Shown in pieces: positions 36,754 through 46,587 of a stretch of 64,000 nucleotides of DNA. This DNA comes from a virus. The notes beneath the pieces were generated by a model. The model did no database searches and was not told the DNA's origin. It saw nothing but the letters and a program-made list of their open reading frames with translations. The DNA lies in IMG/VR virus record IMGVR_UViG_646564589_000005; one strand, given 5' to 3'. Each line of letters begins with the position of its first letter. Within the stretch, counting starts at the first letter, position 1. The translations under genes and the position numbers were made by a program.

Positions 36754-37454
36754 GAGACATTCCAAAAGAGATGCGGATTGCGGTTACTGAACTGAGCCAG
36801 AATGCCACGCTTAATCTCTATGAAATTGATTTAACCGCTTTCGGGGGTGATATTTACCGCTTTCATGACGGTATGAATGGAAAGTTGGAGCCGGTCATCT
36901 GGCAAGGTGTGCGCTATGAGGCTTACCCTGTTGAAGCGTCGGGCTTTGAGATGAACGGTAAGGGTCCCAGCGCCAGACCTAAAATGATATTTGCCAACGT
37001 CGATGGGTTCATTACTGCGATAAACCAAGATTTCAATGATGCTTTGGGAGCGGTTGTGACACGCCACCAAGTGCCGGAAATTTATCTTGATGCGGTCAAT
37101 TTTCCCAATGGCAACCCACAGGCAGACCCAACCAGAGAAGCCGTGAGTAAGTACCTGATAGAGCAGAAGCAGGATTCAAACGCTGATTTTGTTACCTATG
37201 TGCTGGCGTTACCCAGTGAAACCGATGGTGCCTTGATTCCGGCAAGAGTGATTCAGGCGGATATCTGTTGTTGGCAATACCGTTCTGCTGATTGTGGCTA
37301 TGATGGCCCACCAGTGGCAGACGAGAAGGATCAGCCAACCACTGACCCGCTGAAAGATCGATGTTCAAAGAAATACAGTGGCTGCATTTGCCGCTTTCCC
37401 CGCCCCCTATCCCTGCCTTTTGGCGGTTTTTTGGGTGCCAATAAATTAGGTTAA
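36750..37454 (+). CDS. L: Minor tail protein L
   Basis: WQG..YEAYP; C.WQYR...CGY.G; LPFGGF. Confidence 0.93.
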   Translation: MRDIPKEMRIAVTELSQNATLNLYEIDLTAFGGDIYRFHDGMNGKLEPVIWQGVRYEAYPVEASGFEMNGKGPSARPKMIFANVDGFITAINQDFNDALGAVVTRHQVPEIYLDAVNFPNGNPQADPTREAVSKYLIEQKQDSNADFVTYVLALPSETDGALIPARVIQADICCWQYRSADCGYDGPPVADEKDQPTTDPLKDRCSKKYSGCICRFPRPLSLPFGGFLGANKLG

Positions 37455-37458
37455 TACC

Positions 37459-38178
37459 ATGATTGAACGAGACATTATCGCCCACGCGAACGCGAAAGCG
37501 GAAGGGGTGAGGGAATCGTGCGGCTTGATTTCAGGTGGCCGCTATTTCCCATGCCGCAATATTTCGCCAGATCCTGAGAACTACTTCGAGATTAATCCCG
37601 ATGACTGGATAACCGCAGAGTGCTTTGCGGATATTGACGCCATTGTGCACAGTCATCCAAATGGAAAAACCCGATTGAGCGCAGGGGACAGAGAACAACA
37701 AATCAAAACCGGGTTGCCGTGGTGGTTGGCCTGCGGTGATAGGGTACATAAATTCCGCCCTGTTCCTCGTTTATTGGGTCGAGAGTTCATACATGGCACA
37801 CAGGATTGCTATTCGCTAATTCGTGACGCCTACCATCTCGCGGGCATCGAGTTAGCGGACATTCCACGTGACGATGAATGGTGGAACAAAGGCCAAAACC
37901 TGTATCTCGATAATAGTCTCAGTCAGGGATTTGAACAGGTCGATGACATTCAGTCCGGCGACATCATTTTGATTTGTCTGGGTAGCCAGACGCCCTGTCA
38001 CGGGGCTATTTATCTCGGCAATCAGCAAATTCTACACCATCGGCCAGATCGCATCAGCAAACGCGATATCTATGACGGTTATTGGCTCAAGTACACACAT
38101 TCAATATGGAGACATAAACAATGGTCAAGCTACAGCTTGGAGGCCATCTTAGAAGATTTGGCCGTCGCTACGAATTAG
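37459..38178 (+). CDS. K: Tail assembly protein K (JAB plus NlpC/P60)
   Basis: ESCGLI, IVHSHP, DCYSLIRD, HGAIYLG. Confidence 0.93.
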   Translation: MIERDIIAHANAKAEGVRESCGLISGGRYFPCRNISPDPENYFEINPDDWITAECFADIDAIVHSHPNGKTRLSAGDREQQIKTGLPWWLACGDRVHKFRPVPRLLGREFIHGTQDCYSLIRDAYHLAGIELADIPRDDEWWNKGQNLYLDNSLSQGFEQVDDIQSGDIILICLGSQTPCHGAIYLGNQQILHHRPDRISKRDIYDGYWLKYTHSIWRHKQWSSYSLEAILEDLAVATN

Positions 38179-38714
38179 AGGTTCGTGATGCAGCGGAAGC
38201 CGTCAGGTGCTTGTGCTACCAGTTGAAAGGCTTTCAGCAAGCGATTTCTGATGGCCTTATTCGTGTTCGCATTGCTGGGCGTGACATGACAGAAAAAAGT
38301 ATTCCTGCTGGTATGAATCACCCCCTTAATGATGGCGATACGATCACTATCGTTCCGGTTGTTGGCGGTGCTGGTGGTAATGGCGTTGGCATGGCTATTC
38401 TAGGCGTGGTAGCTGTTGCGGCGGCATTCTATACGGGTGGGGGATCATTAGCTGCATGGGCAAGTGCGTCTGGTGCAGCAGCTACAGCTGCTACAGGCTT
38501 AGCAATTGCGGGTGTTGCCCTGATCAGTGCAGGGCTGGCCTCCATGTTAACCAAAATGCCTAAAGGCCCCGAAATGGGTTCAAGCAAAACGGATGGAAAC
38601 CAGTATTTCAACTCACTGGAGAACCGAATTGGACAGGGTTATCCGATTCCTATTGCATACGGTGAGATGGTTGTGGGTTCTAATGTTATTTCTCAAGGCT
38701 TGGAGACAGAATAA
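38121..38714 (+). CDS. I: Tail assembly protein I
   Basis: EAVR.LC.QL.GF; GQG.PIP.AYGE..VGS.VIS. Confidence 0.93.
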   Translation: MVKLQLGGHLRRFGRRYELEVRDAAEAVRCLCYQLKGFQQAISDGLIRVRIAGRDMTEKSIPAGMNHPLNDGDTITIVPVVGGAGGNGVGMAILGVVAVAAAFYTGGGSLAAWASASGAAATAATGLAIAGVALISAGLASMLTKMPKGPEMGSSKTDGNQYFNSLENRIGQGYPIPIAYGEMVVGSNVISQGLETE

Positions 38715-41700
38715 TGGGTAAAGGTGGCGGGGGTGGCAGCACACCAACATTAGTCGATGACAATCTAAAGAATAAACAATTTTTACGGGTTGTTGATTTG
38801 ATTGGTGAGGGGCAAATAGAAGGGCCTGTGGGTGGACTACATGGGTTCAGGGTTAATGGAACTCCTGTCGTTGATAAAAATGGCAATCCCAATATTAACG
38901 GTGTCACTGTACAGTGGCGGGCGGGTACTCAATCCCAAGAGCCATTAAGCGATTATCCATTTGTTGAAAGCGAGATTCCTGTTAGTGTTGAGGTGAAAAA
39001 AGATACTCCTATTCTCAGGATGGTTTCAAATAAAGATGTGGATCGCGTCAGGTTCACTCTGGGCGTTAGTCAACTGGTTCAGACAGACAGTAAAGGTAAT
39101 CAGAGCAATAGTTCGGTGCAACTGGCTATTGACGTGAATGATGGTTCTGGCTGGCAGCATGTTAAGACCGTTCAGATAGGCCCCGGTAAAATTAGCGGAC
39201 AATATCTTGAATCACACACCATTAATGCACCCCAGAAAAAACCGTTCCAAATCCGCGTCTCCCGCTTAACCGATGACAGCAAAACGGACCAGCTCCGCAA
39301 CGGTACTGTATGGGCCAGCTATACCGAAATTACCGACACTCTGATGAGTTACCCTAATAGTGCCGTGGTCGGTATGCGTATTGATCGGTCATTGTTTGCA
39401 GATACACCCAAACGAACCTACCACATCAAAGGAATGATTGTTCAGGTTCCCGATAATTATGATCCTGAGAGCCGCCATTATTCCGGCGTTTGGACGGGGC
39501 GATTTAAACCCGCATACACAAATAACCCTGCGTGGATATTCTACGATTTGGTGACTAATACACGCTATGGCATTGGCAAATTGATGGGGTCATTTGGCTG
39601 TGACAAATTCGCGCTGTATGCCATTGCTCAATATTGTGATCAGCCCGTCCCTGATGGATTTGGAGGAACTGAACCGCGTTTTACCTGCAATGCGTATATA
39701 GCTACTCAACGCAAGGCGCGGGACGTACTGGATGATCTGGCTTCGGTCTTTCGGGGCATGCAGGTCTGGAACGGGCTGCAACTGACCTGCTTTCAGGACA
39801 GGCCATCCGATCCGGTCTGGACATTTACCAATGCCAACGTGGCCGAAGGAAAATTTAACTACAGTGCAGCAGCAAAGAAAGCCCGGCATACGGCTATCGA
39901 GGTGACTTGGACTAACCCAGATAACGGCTGGAAAGATGAGCGGGAAATGATTCAGGATGATGAGTTGGCAGCTCGTCTTGGTATCAATATTAAGAAAGTG
40001 ACAGCATTCGGCTGTACTAGCCGGGGACAGGCTCACCGTGTCGGTAAATGGATCATTGAAACTGAGAAACTCGAAACGGATTCGGTCACGTTCAGTACAG
40101 GCCGGGAGGGAATTAACTGTATTCCTGGTGACATTGTTGAAATTGCCGATAACAGCTTCGCAGCGGCACGTATTGGTGGACGTGTTCTCTCCTTCTCAGG
40201 CAAAGAGGTTCGACTTGATGCGCCAGCCGAATTTTCGAAAGGCGAGTCAGGCTATTTCTCCTACATGGGCAGCGAAGGGAAGTTCGTCCGGGTGGATATC
40301 GAATCCGTCAGCGGGGATATGATTACACTGAAAGAAGAACCTGTCGGATTGCGGCAATGGGGTGTATTTTCCATATCTAAAAAGTCGCTGGTGACTCGCC
40401 TATTCAGGGTGATGAGCATTGCCGAAGACAATAAGACGGGTAACTACAATTATACCTGCATTCAACACGAGCCACAGAAAGAAGCGATTGTTGATAACGG
40501 CGTTGATTTTCAGGGGAGTCCAGCCACACAAAATGTTATTCGTATTCCCAATATTGAGCGATTAAGTGTCGCTTATATTCAAGACAGTTCTCAGGTGCAG
40601 GCTCGCGCTATGTGGGCGACCACAACAATAAACCGAAATATCACCTTTGATGTGGCCGTATATCGTGACAATAAAGTGGTATCTCGCGGCAATACTAAGG
40701 AACTGGAATATTATTTTAATGGTCTGGATGCTGGTATCTATATGGTTGGCGTCCGTGCTCGTGATGATAACGGAATGCTGGGGGATGAGTCTAAGGTTCA
40801 GATGGTAATTGGCACTCCCGCCGCCCCTTCTACTGTCAATATTGAGTCCGGATTTTTTGAGTTGAAAGCCATTCCTCATATCAGCGCCCCAAAGACTTTG
40901 GATACTCAATTTGAATTCTGGTTTTCCGAGAACCGCATTTCTAATATCAATGAAATTGAAGCAAAAGCCGATTTTCTGGGCATTGCAAAATTTTGGATAA
41001 AGGGCCAATTGAAAGCGGGTACACCATATTGGTTTTATGTTCGCAGTATCAATGAATTTGGCAAGTCTCATTTTGTCGAAGCGGAAGGCCAGCCAAATGA
41101 CAATGCTAAGGATATTTTAGAGGTTGTTGGCGAACAGTTTCTTTCCAACAAAGCAGGCCAGCATCTACAGTCCCAAATGGACTTTAACTCCGAAGCCATC
41201 ATGGAGAACGCCGCATTGACAGGGGCAGTTGTTCAGCGACAGTTGCAAGTAAACGGCAATATGCGAGCCGAAATACTGGAAGTCAAAACCACGCAGGTGA
41301 CCGACCGGGAAGCCTTTGCGGAGAAGATGGAAAAGGTGCAGGCCGATGTCGGGGAGAATGCGGCGGCTGTAAAGACAAAGGCGACAGTGGTCTTTGATAT
41401 TGACGGTAACGGCTATGCCCTCAAAGAGATTGAAGCCGGGGTGAAGTACAAAGGCCAGCTCTATAAAGCCGGGATGGTGATAGGGGCTGAGGTGAAGAAT
41501 GGCGAAGTGCATACCAATATCGGCTTTAACGCTAACAACTTCGTCTGGTTCAATCCGGCCAGCGGCAAGATGGAACCCTTTATGGCGGCTAAGAACGGGC
41601 AGCTTTTTATTCGGCAGGCGTTTATTGATCAGGCCTTAATGCGGGAGGCTATCCTGTCTGATGCCATCAGATCTAAAAATTACGTGCAGTATCAGGCGGG

Positions 41701-41851
41701 CTTTTTGATTAATGCGGCGACCGGCGCTTTTGAATTTAACGACATGCGGGTTCGGGCGGGATTGCGTTGGGCAAACGGGGCGATAGCCTGCTATGACCCC
41801 AGCGGACGGGTTCGGGCGGCCATGGGCTATATAGGACAATTTCGACGATGA
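38714..41851 (+). CDS. J: Tail tip/host specificity protein J
   Basis: MGKGGGG..TP..V.DNL; lambda J-like motifs throughout. Confidence 0.95.
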   Translation: MGKGGGGGSTPTLVDDNLKNKQFLRVVDLIGEGQIEGPVGGLHGFRVNGTPVVDKNGNPNINGVTVQWRAGTQSQEPLSDYPFVESEIPVSVEVKKDTPILRMVSNKDVDRVRFTLGVSQLVQTDSKGNQSNSSVQLAIDVNDGSGWQHVKTVQIGPGKISGQYLESHTINAPQKKPFQIRVSRLTDDSKTDQLRNGTVWASYTEITDTLMSYPNSAVVGMRIDRSLFADTPKRTYHIKGMIVQVPDNYDPESRHYSGVWTGRFKPAYTNNPAWIFYDLVTNTRYGIGKLMGSFGCDKFALYAIAQYCDQPVPDGFGGTEPRFTCNAYIATQRKARDVLDDLASVFRGMQVWNGLQLTCFQDRPSDPVWTFTNANVAEGKFNYSAAAKKARHTAIEVTWTNPDNGWKDEREMIQDDELAARLGINIKKVTAFGCTSRGQAHRVGKWIIETEKLETDSVTFSTGREGINCIPGDIVEIADNSFAAARIGGRVLSFSGKEVRLDAPAEFSKGESGYFSYMGSEGKFVRVDIESVSGDMITLKEEPVGLRQWGVFSISKKSLVTRLFRVMSIAEDNKTGNYNYTCIQHEPQKEAIVDNGVDFQGSPATQNVIRIPNIERLSVAYIQDSSQVQARAMWATTTINRNITFDVAVYRDNKVVSRGNTKELEYYFNGLDAGIYMVGVRARDDNGMLGDESKVQMVIGTPAAPSTVNIESGFFELKAIPHISAPKTLDTQFEFWFSENRISNINEIEAKADFLGIAKFWIKGQLKAGTPYWFYVRSINEFGKSHFVEAEGQPNDNAKDILEVVGEQFLSNKAGQHLQSQMDFNSEAIMENAALTGAVVQRQLQVNGNMRAEILEVKTTQVTDREAFAEKMEKVQADVGENAAAVKTKATVVFDIDGNGYALKEIEAGVKYKGQLYKAGMVIGAEVKNGEVHTNIGFNANNFVWFNPASGKMEPFMAAKNGQLFIRQAFIDQALMREAILSDAIRSKNYVQYQAGFLINAATGAFEFNDMRVRAGLRWANGAIACYDPSGRVRAAMGYIGQFRR

Positions 41852-42147
41852 GTGATTACGGGTTTGGGGTCTGGGATGAACAGGGGCGGCAGCGTAATAC
41901 CGGCATTCGCCCCTTTCTTTATGCTGGCTTTATGAAGCTGGAGAGCGGGCAGACGACAGGTGCGCTCACTGTCCCCCGGGAGCCGATGAATGAAGGATTG
42001 CGGCTTTCTTATGTCTTTCTTTGTACTGACCGGGGATACCAGGTAGATAAAAAACGTCAATTTTTGGTAAAGGATAATCAAATCATCATTTCGGATGGCA
42101 ACGACGACGCCGTTGAGGGATGGCTGATTGCTTACTACACTGCGTGA
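41848..42147 (+). CDS. Tail tip accessory protein
   Basis: YGF.VWD..G motif; follows J. Confidence 0.7.
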   Translation: MSDYGFGVWDEQGRQRNTGIRPFLYAGFMKLESGQTTGALTVPREPMNEGLRLSYVFLCTDRGYQVDKKRQFLVKDNQIIISDGNDDAVEGWLIAYYTA

Positions 42148-42155
42148 GGTGATAT

Positions 42156-42818
42156 ATGGATTGGGGTGCATTTTTAACAACGGGTAACGGTGTTCCGTGG
42201 TGGACACCCAAAACGACCCCCCTTTCTTTTGTGAGAAAAGAATCGGTCTGGACTGACAGATACGTGAAGCGGATAGAAACGGGTATCAGCACGAAACAAC
42301 CCTGCATGGCGTTTATGTGTGCTCACACCAGCAATGTCTGGTATGCACCTTATGGGGTCATGTTCGGGGGCGGTTCGGAATGGGGTATTGAGATAACCCG
42401 GGGCGAGAGTGGCACTGAGACTTCGATCTTGTGTGAGATTTATCTGTTCACTCTGGTTTATCCCCAGCCTGTCCCGGATTGGGGAATTGCTGTCTGGGAC
42501 GAAGCAGGAAAATGTGTCATTACCAGCGATACAAGGCCTTTGAGTATCGAAGGGGAACTCAGTTCCCACAGCAGCAAAGAAACTGTGGTGCAAGGGAAAA
42601 AAGGCATATTAATGCAGAAAACGGGTTGGATACTGTCCAAATATGATACGCCCGATGATACACGAACCCGGGATAACGAAACTTCATTTTCCACTGCGTT
42701 TGATGGACACAATACCCGGCTAATGGCGCGCGTGGCAGACGGTGAGACGAACTGGATTATCAGTGAACGAACATGGAACCTGACCAGCCCTTATATTGAT
42801 TGCACGCTCTACGATTAA
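42156..42818 (+). CDS. Tail tip accessory protein
   Basis: DWG.FL...G, WGIAVWDE.G repeats typical of post-J genes. Confidence 0.7.
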   Translation: MDWGAFLTTGNGVPWWTPKTTPLSFVRKESVWTDRYVKRIETGISTKQPCMAFMCAHTSNVWYAPYGVMFGGGSEWGIEITRGESGTETSILCEIYLFTLVYPQPVPDWGIAVWDEAGKCVITSDTRPLSIEGELSSHSSKETVVQGKKGILMQKTGWILSKYDTPDDTRTRDNETSFSTAFDGHNTRLMARVADGETNWIISERTWNLTSPYIDCTLYD

Positions 42819-42868
42819 CCGAACCGCGTAACTGCGTTTTTTTTGCATCCTATTTTCAGGAAATTATT

Positions 42869-44368
42869 ATGATCTACTCAGACGGCACAACAAATATCGT
42901 GTCAGGCTCGGCTATTGTCCGGGGAACGGGCACCCAATGGAAATCCAATATTAACGGCATTGCCGCAGGCCAGATTATCTCCATTCAATCCGGTAATACG
43001 GTGATTCAGAATGTCATCCGGTCGGTGAATTCAGACACGGAACTGGTGCTGGCCTTTGCACCCTCGGTCAACCTTGATAATGCAAACTATGTTATCTCAA
43101 CCACCGTTCCCGATACGGTTTCCGATGGTGTCCGGCATATATGCGCCATTAACGCCTATATCATCTTGTTCCTGCAAAACATGGACCGGTGGATGAGTGA
43201 AAGCGGCAAGGTCGAAGTGGAGATGCCGAACGGGCAGAAAGTCACGCTGGACTCCATCCGGGCATTGCAGACGGCGGTGGAAGGGAAACTGGTTAAGGAG
43301 CAGAACGGGGCAGATATTCCGAATAAGCCGGAGTTTGTGAAAAACCTGGGTTTAGCGGGAACGTTGAAAGTGGGGGATTTCGGTGTGGGCGCAACGCCAT
43401 CAACAGCGAAGACCTTTACGGATGCAAATACGTTGGCTGAGGCTGGCTGGTATGCAGGAGGGGGCAGTAGTGCAAAAAACTTCTGGAACGAATACGCCCC
43501 CATTATGGCCATGACTCGTGGTGGCGGTATGGATAACACAGGAATGATCGCACAAATTCAGGTGGATGATACAGGGTTGGCTAGTCGTTATCGGAGTGGT
43601 AATCAGTGGACAAAATGGAAATCATATGTTTCCGCAACCAGTGAATATTTATCTGGGTTTAACAAAATCAAAACAATAGGATTTTTTAACAGCAATGCCA
43701 ATTCATCTGTTTCATGGACAGATTCGTATACACAGATAGCAGTATCTTTATTCAGTGATGATGAATTCAATATCATTATTGGTGGCGATTTAGGCTCCGT
43801 CCCCCTGTATTATAGGCGAAGACGCTATGGCAAATGGGATGATAAAATTGAGTTTATTACGACCAAAAACACGACCTTTGACGGTAGCGGTTATCTCAAG
43901 AAAGCCTCCCCCATCATCCAAATCTACCCCGATGGCACCTTTACCACTAACGACGAATCCGAAGGGGCGACAGTCACCAGACTCGGCCTCGGTCACTACA
44001 AACTATCCGGCATCCTTGGCTATAACTCAGACGGTGCATGGGGTGTTCATGGCGGTATCAGCGTTCCCCGTGACGTCAATGGCAATGAGTTAGTGTATGT
44101 TGATGATAAAGTGCTGCCGGATGGGGCTATTGAAATCAAAGTCACACACAGACAGAACGCGCATATGCCTGCCCGATTACAGAACAGGCGCATGAAGTCA
44201 GTGGATGAGCCGGCTTATTACACGGATGATGAACCCTGTGATTTACCAGCCGGCACCCGATTAGACGTCCGCGTCCAGATGCCGGAGGATTCTATCTGGA
44301 ACCAGAAACAGGTATTGGCATCTGATCCTCAGCAGGAGTACGGCGTCACGTCAGCCGTCAATAAATAG
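42869..44368 (+). CDS. Side tail fibre/receptor-binding protein
   Basis: IVRGTGT.W N-terminus; KEQNGADIPNK.EFVKNLGL repeat; KKASPIIQIYPDG C-domain. Confidence 0.88.
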   Translation: MIYSDGTTNIVSGSAIVRGTGTQWKSNINGIAAGQIISIQSGNTVIQNVIRSVNSDTELVLAFAPSVNLDNANYVISTTVPDTVSDGVRHICAINAYIILFLQNMDRWMSESGKVEVEMPNGQKVTLDSIRALQTAVEGKLVKEQNGADIPNKPEFVKNLGLAGTLKVGDFGVGATPSTAKTFTDANTLAEAGWYAGGGSSAKNFWNEYAPIMAMTRGGGMDNTGMIAQIQVDDTGLASRYRSGNQWTKWKSYVSATSEYLSGFNKIKTIGFFNSNANSSVSWTDSYTQIAVSLFSDDEFNIIIGGDLGSVPLYYRRRRYGKWDDKIEFITTKNTTFDGSGYLKKASPIIQIYPDGTFTTNDESEGATVTRLGLGHYKLSGILGYNSDGAWGVHGGISVPRDVNGNELVYVDDKVLPDGAIEIKVTHRQNAHMPARLQNRRMKSVDEPAYYTDDEPCDLPAGTRLDVRVQMPEDSIWNQKQVLASDPQQEYGVTSAVNK

Positions 44369-44580
44369 CCAATAGGGGAGATTAGCGGGTAGTTGGGTGG
44401 ATTGGGGAAATTGTGGGCGGTAAACTGGTGGGTGGGGTTGTCTGGGTGAATTGGTTGGGACAGATCTGGGACAGGCATTGAAAAGCAAGGAGGAGTAACA
44501 AGGGGTAAGTTTGGGTAAGGTGGGACGTGTGAGCGCCGATAAATGCGGTAATTGGTTGATTTAGATAGTGACTCTACTCA

Positions 44581-44625
44581 CTTCTAAGCCGTAGGTCACA
44601 GGTTCGAATCCTGTAGGGCGTACCA
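44581..44625 (+). repeat. att core: 3' half of tRNA-Arg(UCU) from the anticodon loop to CCA
   Basis: CTTCTAAGCCGTAGGTCACAGGTTCGAATCCTGTAGGGCGTACCA; 5' half absent. Confidence 0.92.
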
Positions 44626-44668
44626 TAAAATCAAAAAGTTACAGTGAAAAATGAAAAACCCGTCAAAA

Positions 44669-44690
44669 TAACGGGTCAGGTAATGGGTCA
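44669..44690 (+). repeat. Direct repeats TAAYGGGTCA, candidate integrase arm-type sites
   Basis: Two copies 12 nt apart next to the att core. Confidence 0.5.
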
Positions 44691-44698
44691 AGTTATCG

Positions 44699-44878
44699 CT
44701 ACTTCTTCTCTCTCACCCAAGCCTCATAGACCTCTTCAGTCCATCCTAAAAATGTTCCACCCGCAGTCTTATCTGGTTTAGGAAACTCATTTCTTTTTGC
44801 GTACATTCTCCAAAGGGTTGTTTTGCTTTTTCCTGTGAGTCGTTGCATCTCTTCACGCTTAATGTATCTTATCGCCAT
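44699..44878 (-). CDS. alpA: AlpA-family excisionase/RDF
   Basis: YIKREE..RLTGKS.TTLWR....FPKP....LGW.EE.Y.AW. Confidence 0.9.
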   Translation of the reverse strand: MAIRYIKREEMQRLTGKSKTTLWRMYAKRNEFPKPDKTAGGTFLGWTEEVYEAWVREKK

Positions 44879-45224
44879 GGCTTGCCTCCCTCTCTGATAG
44901 CCATTTTTCAAAACTCCCTTGCTTGTGATCGGGCTATCGGCAGTACCAGCAGGGCGTATCTCTTGTTGTTTTGATTACTGATAGGCATTGCTCCGTATTT
45001 TGTTTGTTCCCAATATAAAGATGTAAGATGATATTTTTTCTGGCTCCATTTGAGCCATTTTATTTGCAGTTTCCATATAACAGACTTCTTTCGTGTTCTC
45101 TTCCTGTGTGTAACCGTTCTGAATTTAGAGTGAAACATTCCCCAGCGCAGGCGCTGTCATTAAGTTTTAATATTGATTGAAATTGATAGATTTTATTTAT
45201 AGTCGTTTTATTGTGTGGCTATTT

Positions 45225-45605
45225 TTATAACTGACAGTGTTTTTTGTCTGCTTTAATCAGAGGAATGATATCAATTAAATGCATATATCGTCCTCTCCGC
45301 TTATAGAGCGCATAACCGTAATCGACAATCGGTTCTAAATTATAGCAAGGAACAGGTTCTGTATGTTTTGGGCTGACCCGATACGTCGTTAATATATGAT
45401 GTTTAAATTCATCTTTATTTTTTATGCCCATGCCGTGATTCTGGTTTTTGCCCTGATGATATTGGTCTGCCAAAAAGGTGATAGGTGTTGTTCCTGTATG
45501 CAGGCTGTTTTTTTGTGCGATATTGGCAACAATGCCATTAATGTTGATAGCCTTTTTTTGTTTTGTTGCTGGTTTATTGATGATGGCAGAAATAAAGGTA
45601 CGCAT
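45225..45605 (-). CDS. 126-aa hypothetical early-left protein
   Basis: GAGGA RBS; only sizeable early-left gene besides xis. Confidence 0.6.
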   Translation of the reverse strand: MRTFISAIINKPATKQKKAININGIVANIAQKNSLHTGTTPITFLADQYHQGKNQNHGMGIKNKDEFKHHILTTYRVSPKHTEPVPCYNLEPIVDYGYALYKRRGRYMHLIDIIPLIKADKKHCQL

Positions 45606-45881
45606 AAATCCTCTCGCTGACTATTGTAGTGATTATTCCTATCACTTTGATGCGGCTAACATTATCACTTAAATTTCATCAAATCCATACCTATAGTGAT
45701 ATAAATCAGTTTTTTTAATTATCTTATTGATATAAAATAATTTTAATTTGATATCATCTGAATGATTTTGGATCTTTAGGGTGATAATAATTTCAATGGA
45801 ACTAAAGATACTGCATTAAAAACAGTATCTTGTCGCAAATAGAGGCAGGGTTTGGCGGTGTTTAGAGTAGGGAGAGGAATG

Positions 45882-46493
45882 TTATCGTTTTCGCTTCATG
45901 TTCCGGAATAAATAAACAATCACACCGACGATTTCCATGTCAGAAGAGAGAGGTATCAAGGGGATACGCGTATCGTCAACAGACAAATAGCTGACAGCCC
46001 CCCCTTGTTTATAACGATAAACTGAATAGTGCTCTCCGATGCGTGCATAGACTAAATCATCATTGGCGATATTTTCCTGTGTATCCACCACAATCACCGT
46101 CCCTTCCGGCGCTTCAGTGCAGCCGGTATTTTGGGTGATGCGATAAGCCCGGCAGGATTCAACAGGGGCCTGCTGTTCAAAAAAGGCCGGCACCATGAAG
46201 AACTCCGGGGTTTCTTGTTCTGCTTCATAAATTTTTACCGGGACATAACGGTTGTTATGTCTGACAGCAAAATCAGTATCACCAGACTGCGATTTATGAC
46301 CACTGCCATCACTGAGCCATTCCGGGCGCACGTCAAGCGCCTTGGCCAAATCAACGAGCCGGCCTGTTTTGACGGCGTTCCCGGAAAGTAATTTCCATAT
46401 CATGGATTGTGCCATGCCGGCTTTTTTTGCCAGAGCAGATTGGGTCAGCCCCTTATCTGCCATGGCTTCTTTTAATCTATCAGCAAGAGTCAT
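45882..46493 (-). CDS. cI: CI-type repressor, HTH plus degenerate S24-like domain
   Basis: HTH GLTQSALAKKAGMAQSMI; C-domain lacks the catalytic Ser/Lys motifs. Confidence 0.88.
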   Translation of the reverse strand: MTLADRLKEAMADKGLTQSALAKKAGMAQSMIWKLLSGNAVKTGRLVDLAKALDVRPEWLSDGSGHKSQSGDTDFAVRHNNRYVPVKIYEAEQETPEFFMVPAFFEQQAPVESCRAYRITQNTGCTEAPEGTVIVVDTQENIANDDLVYARIGEHYSVYRYKQGGAVSYLSVDDTRIPLIPLSSDMEIVGVIVYLFRNMKRKR

Positions 46494-46587
46494 AAGTGCC
46501 TCATGAGTGGTTCCCGCATTGACGTGGAATACAGGGGATAAACCCAAGAACCGCTGTCTTGGAACATTTTTTCTTATTCTATCTCTA

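Larger units (their letters stand above)
1..44625. mobile_element. Prophage 1: lambdoid siphovirus, left end outside window, right end at tRNA-Arg 3' repeat
   Basis: Canonical lambdoid order (early-left, N, cI, cro, cII, O, helicase, nin, Q, lysis, terminase, head, tail, fibre) ending at an att-like tRNA fragment. Confidence 0.95.

Noticed and set aside
42869-44368. Diversity-generating retroelement or invertible tail-fibre switch
   Set aside because: No reverse transcriptase, template/variable repeat pair, invertase or inverted cassette is visible
44581-44625. Possible intact tRNA-Arg gene
   Set aside because: The 5' half (acceptor 5' strand, D arm, 5' anticodon stem) is absent, so it is an att repeat
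44908-45138. 76-aa ORF upstream of xis
   Set aside because: No clear RBS or motif, and other frames are interrupted; may be a decayed gene, so not called
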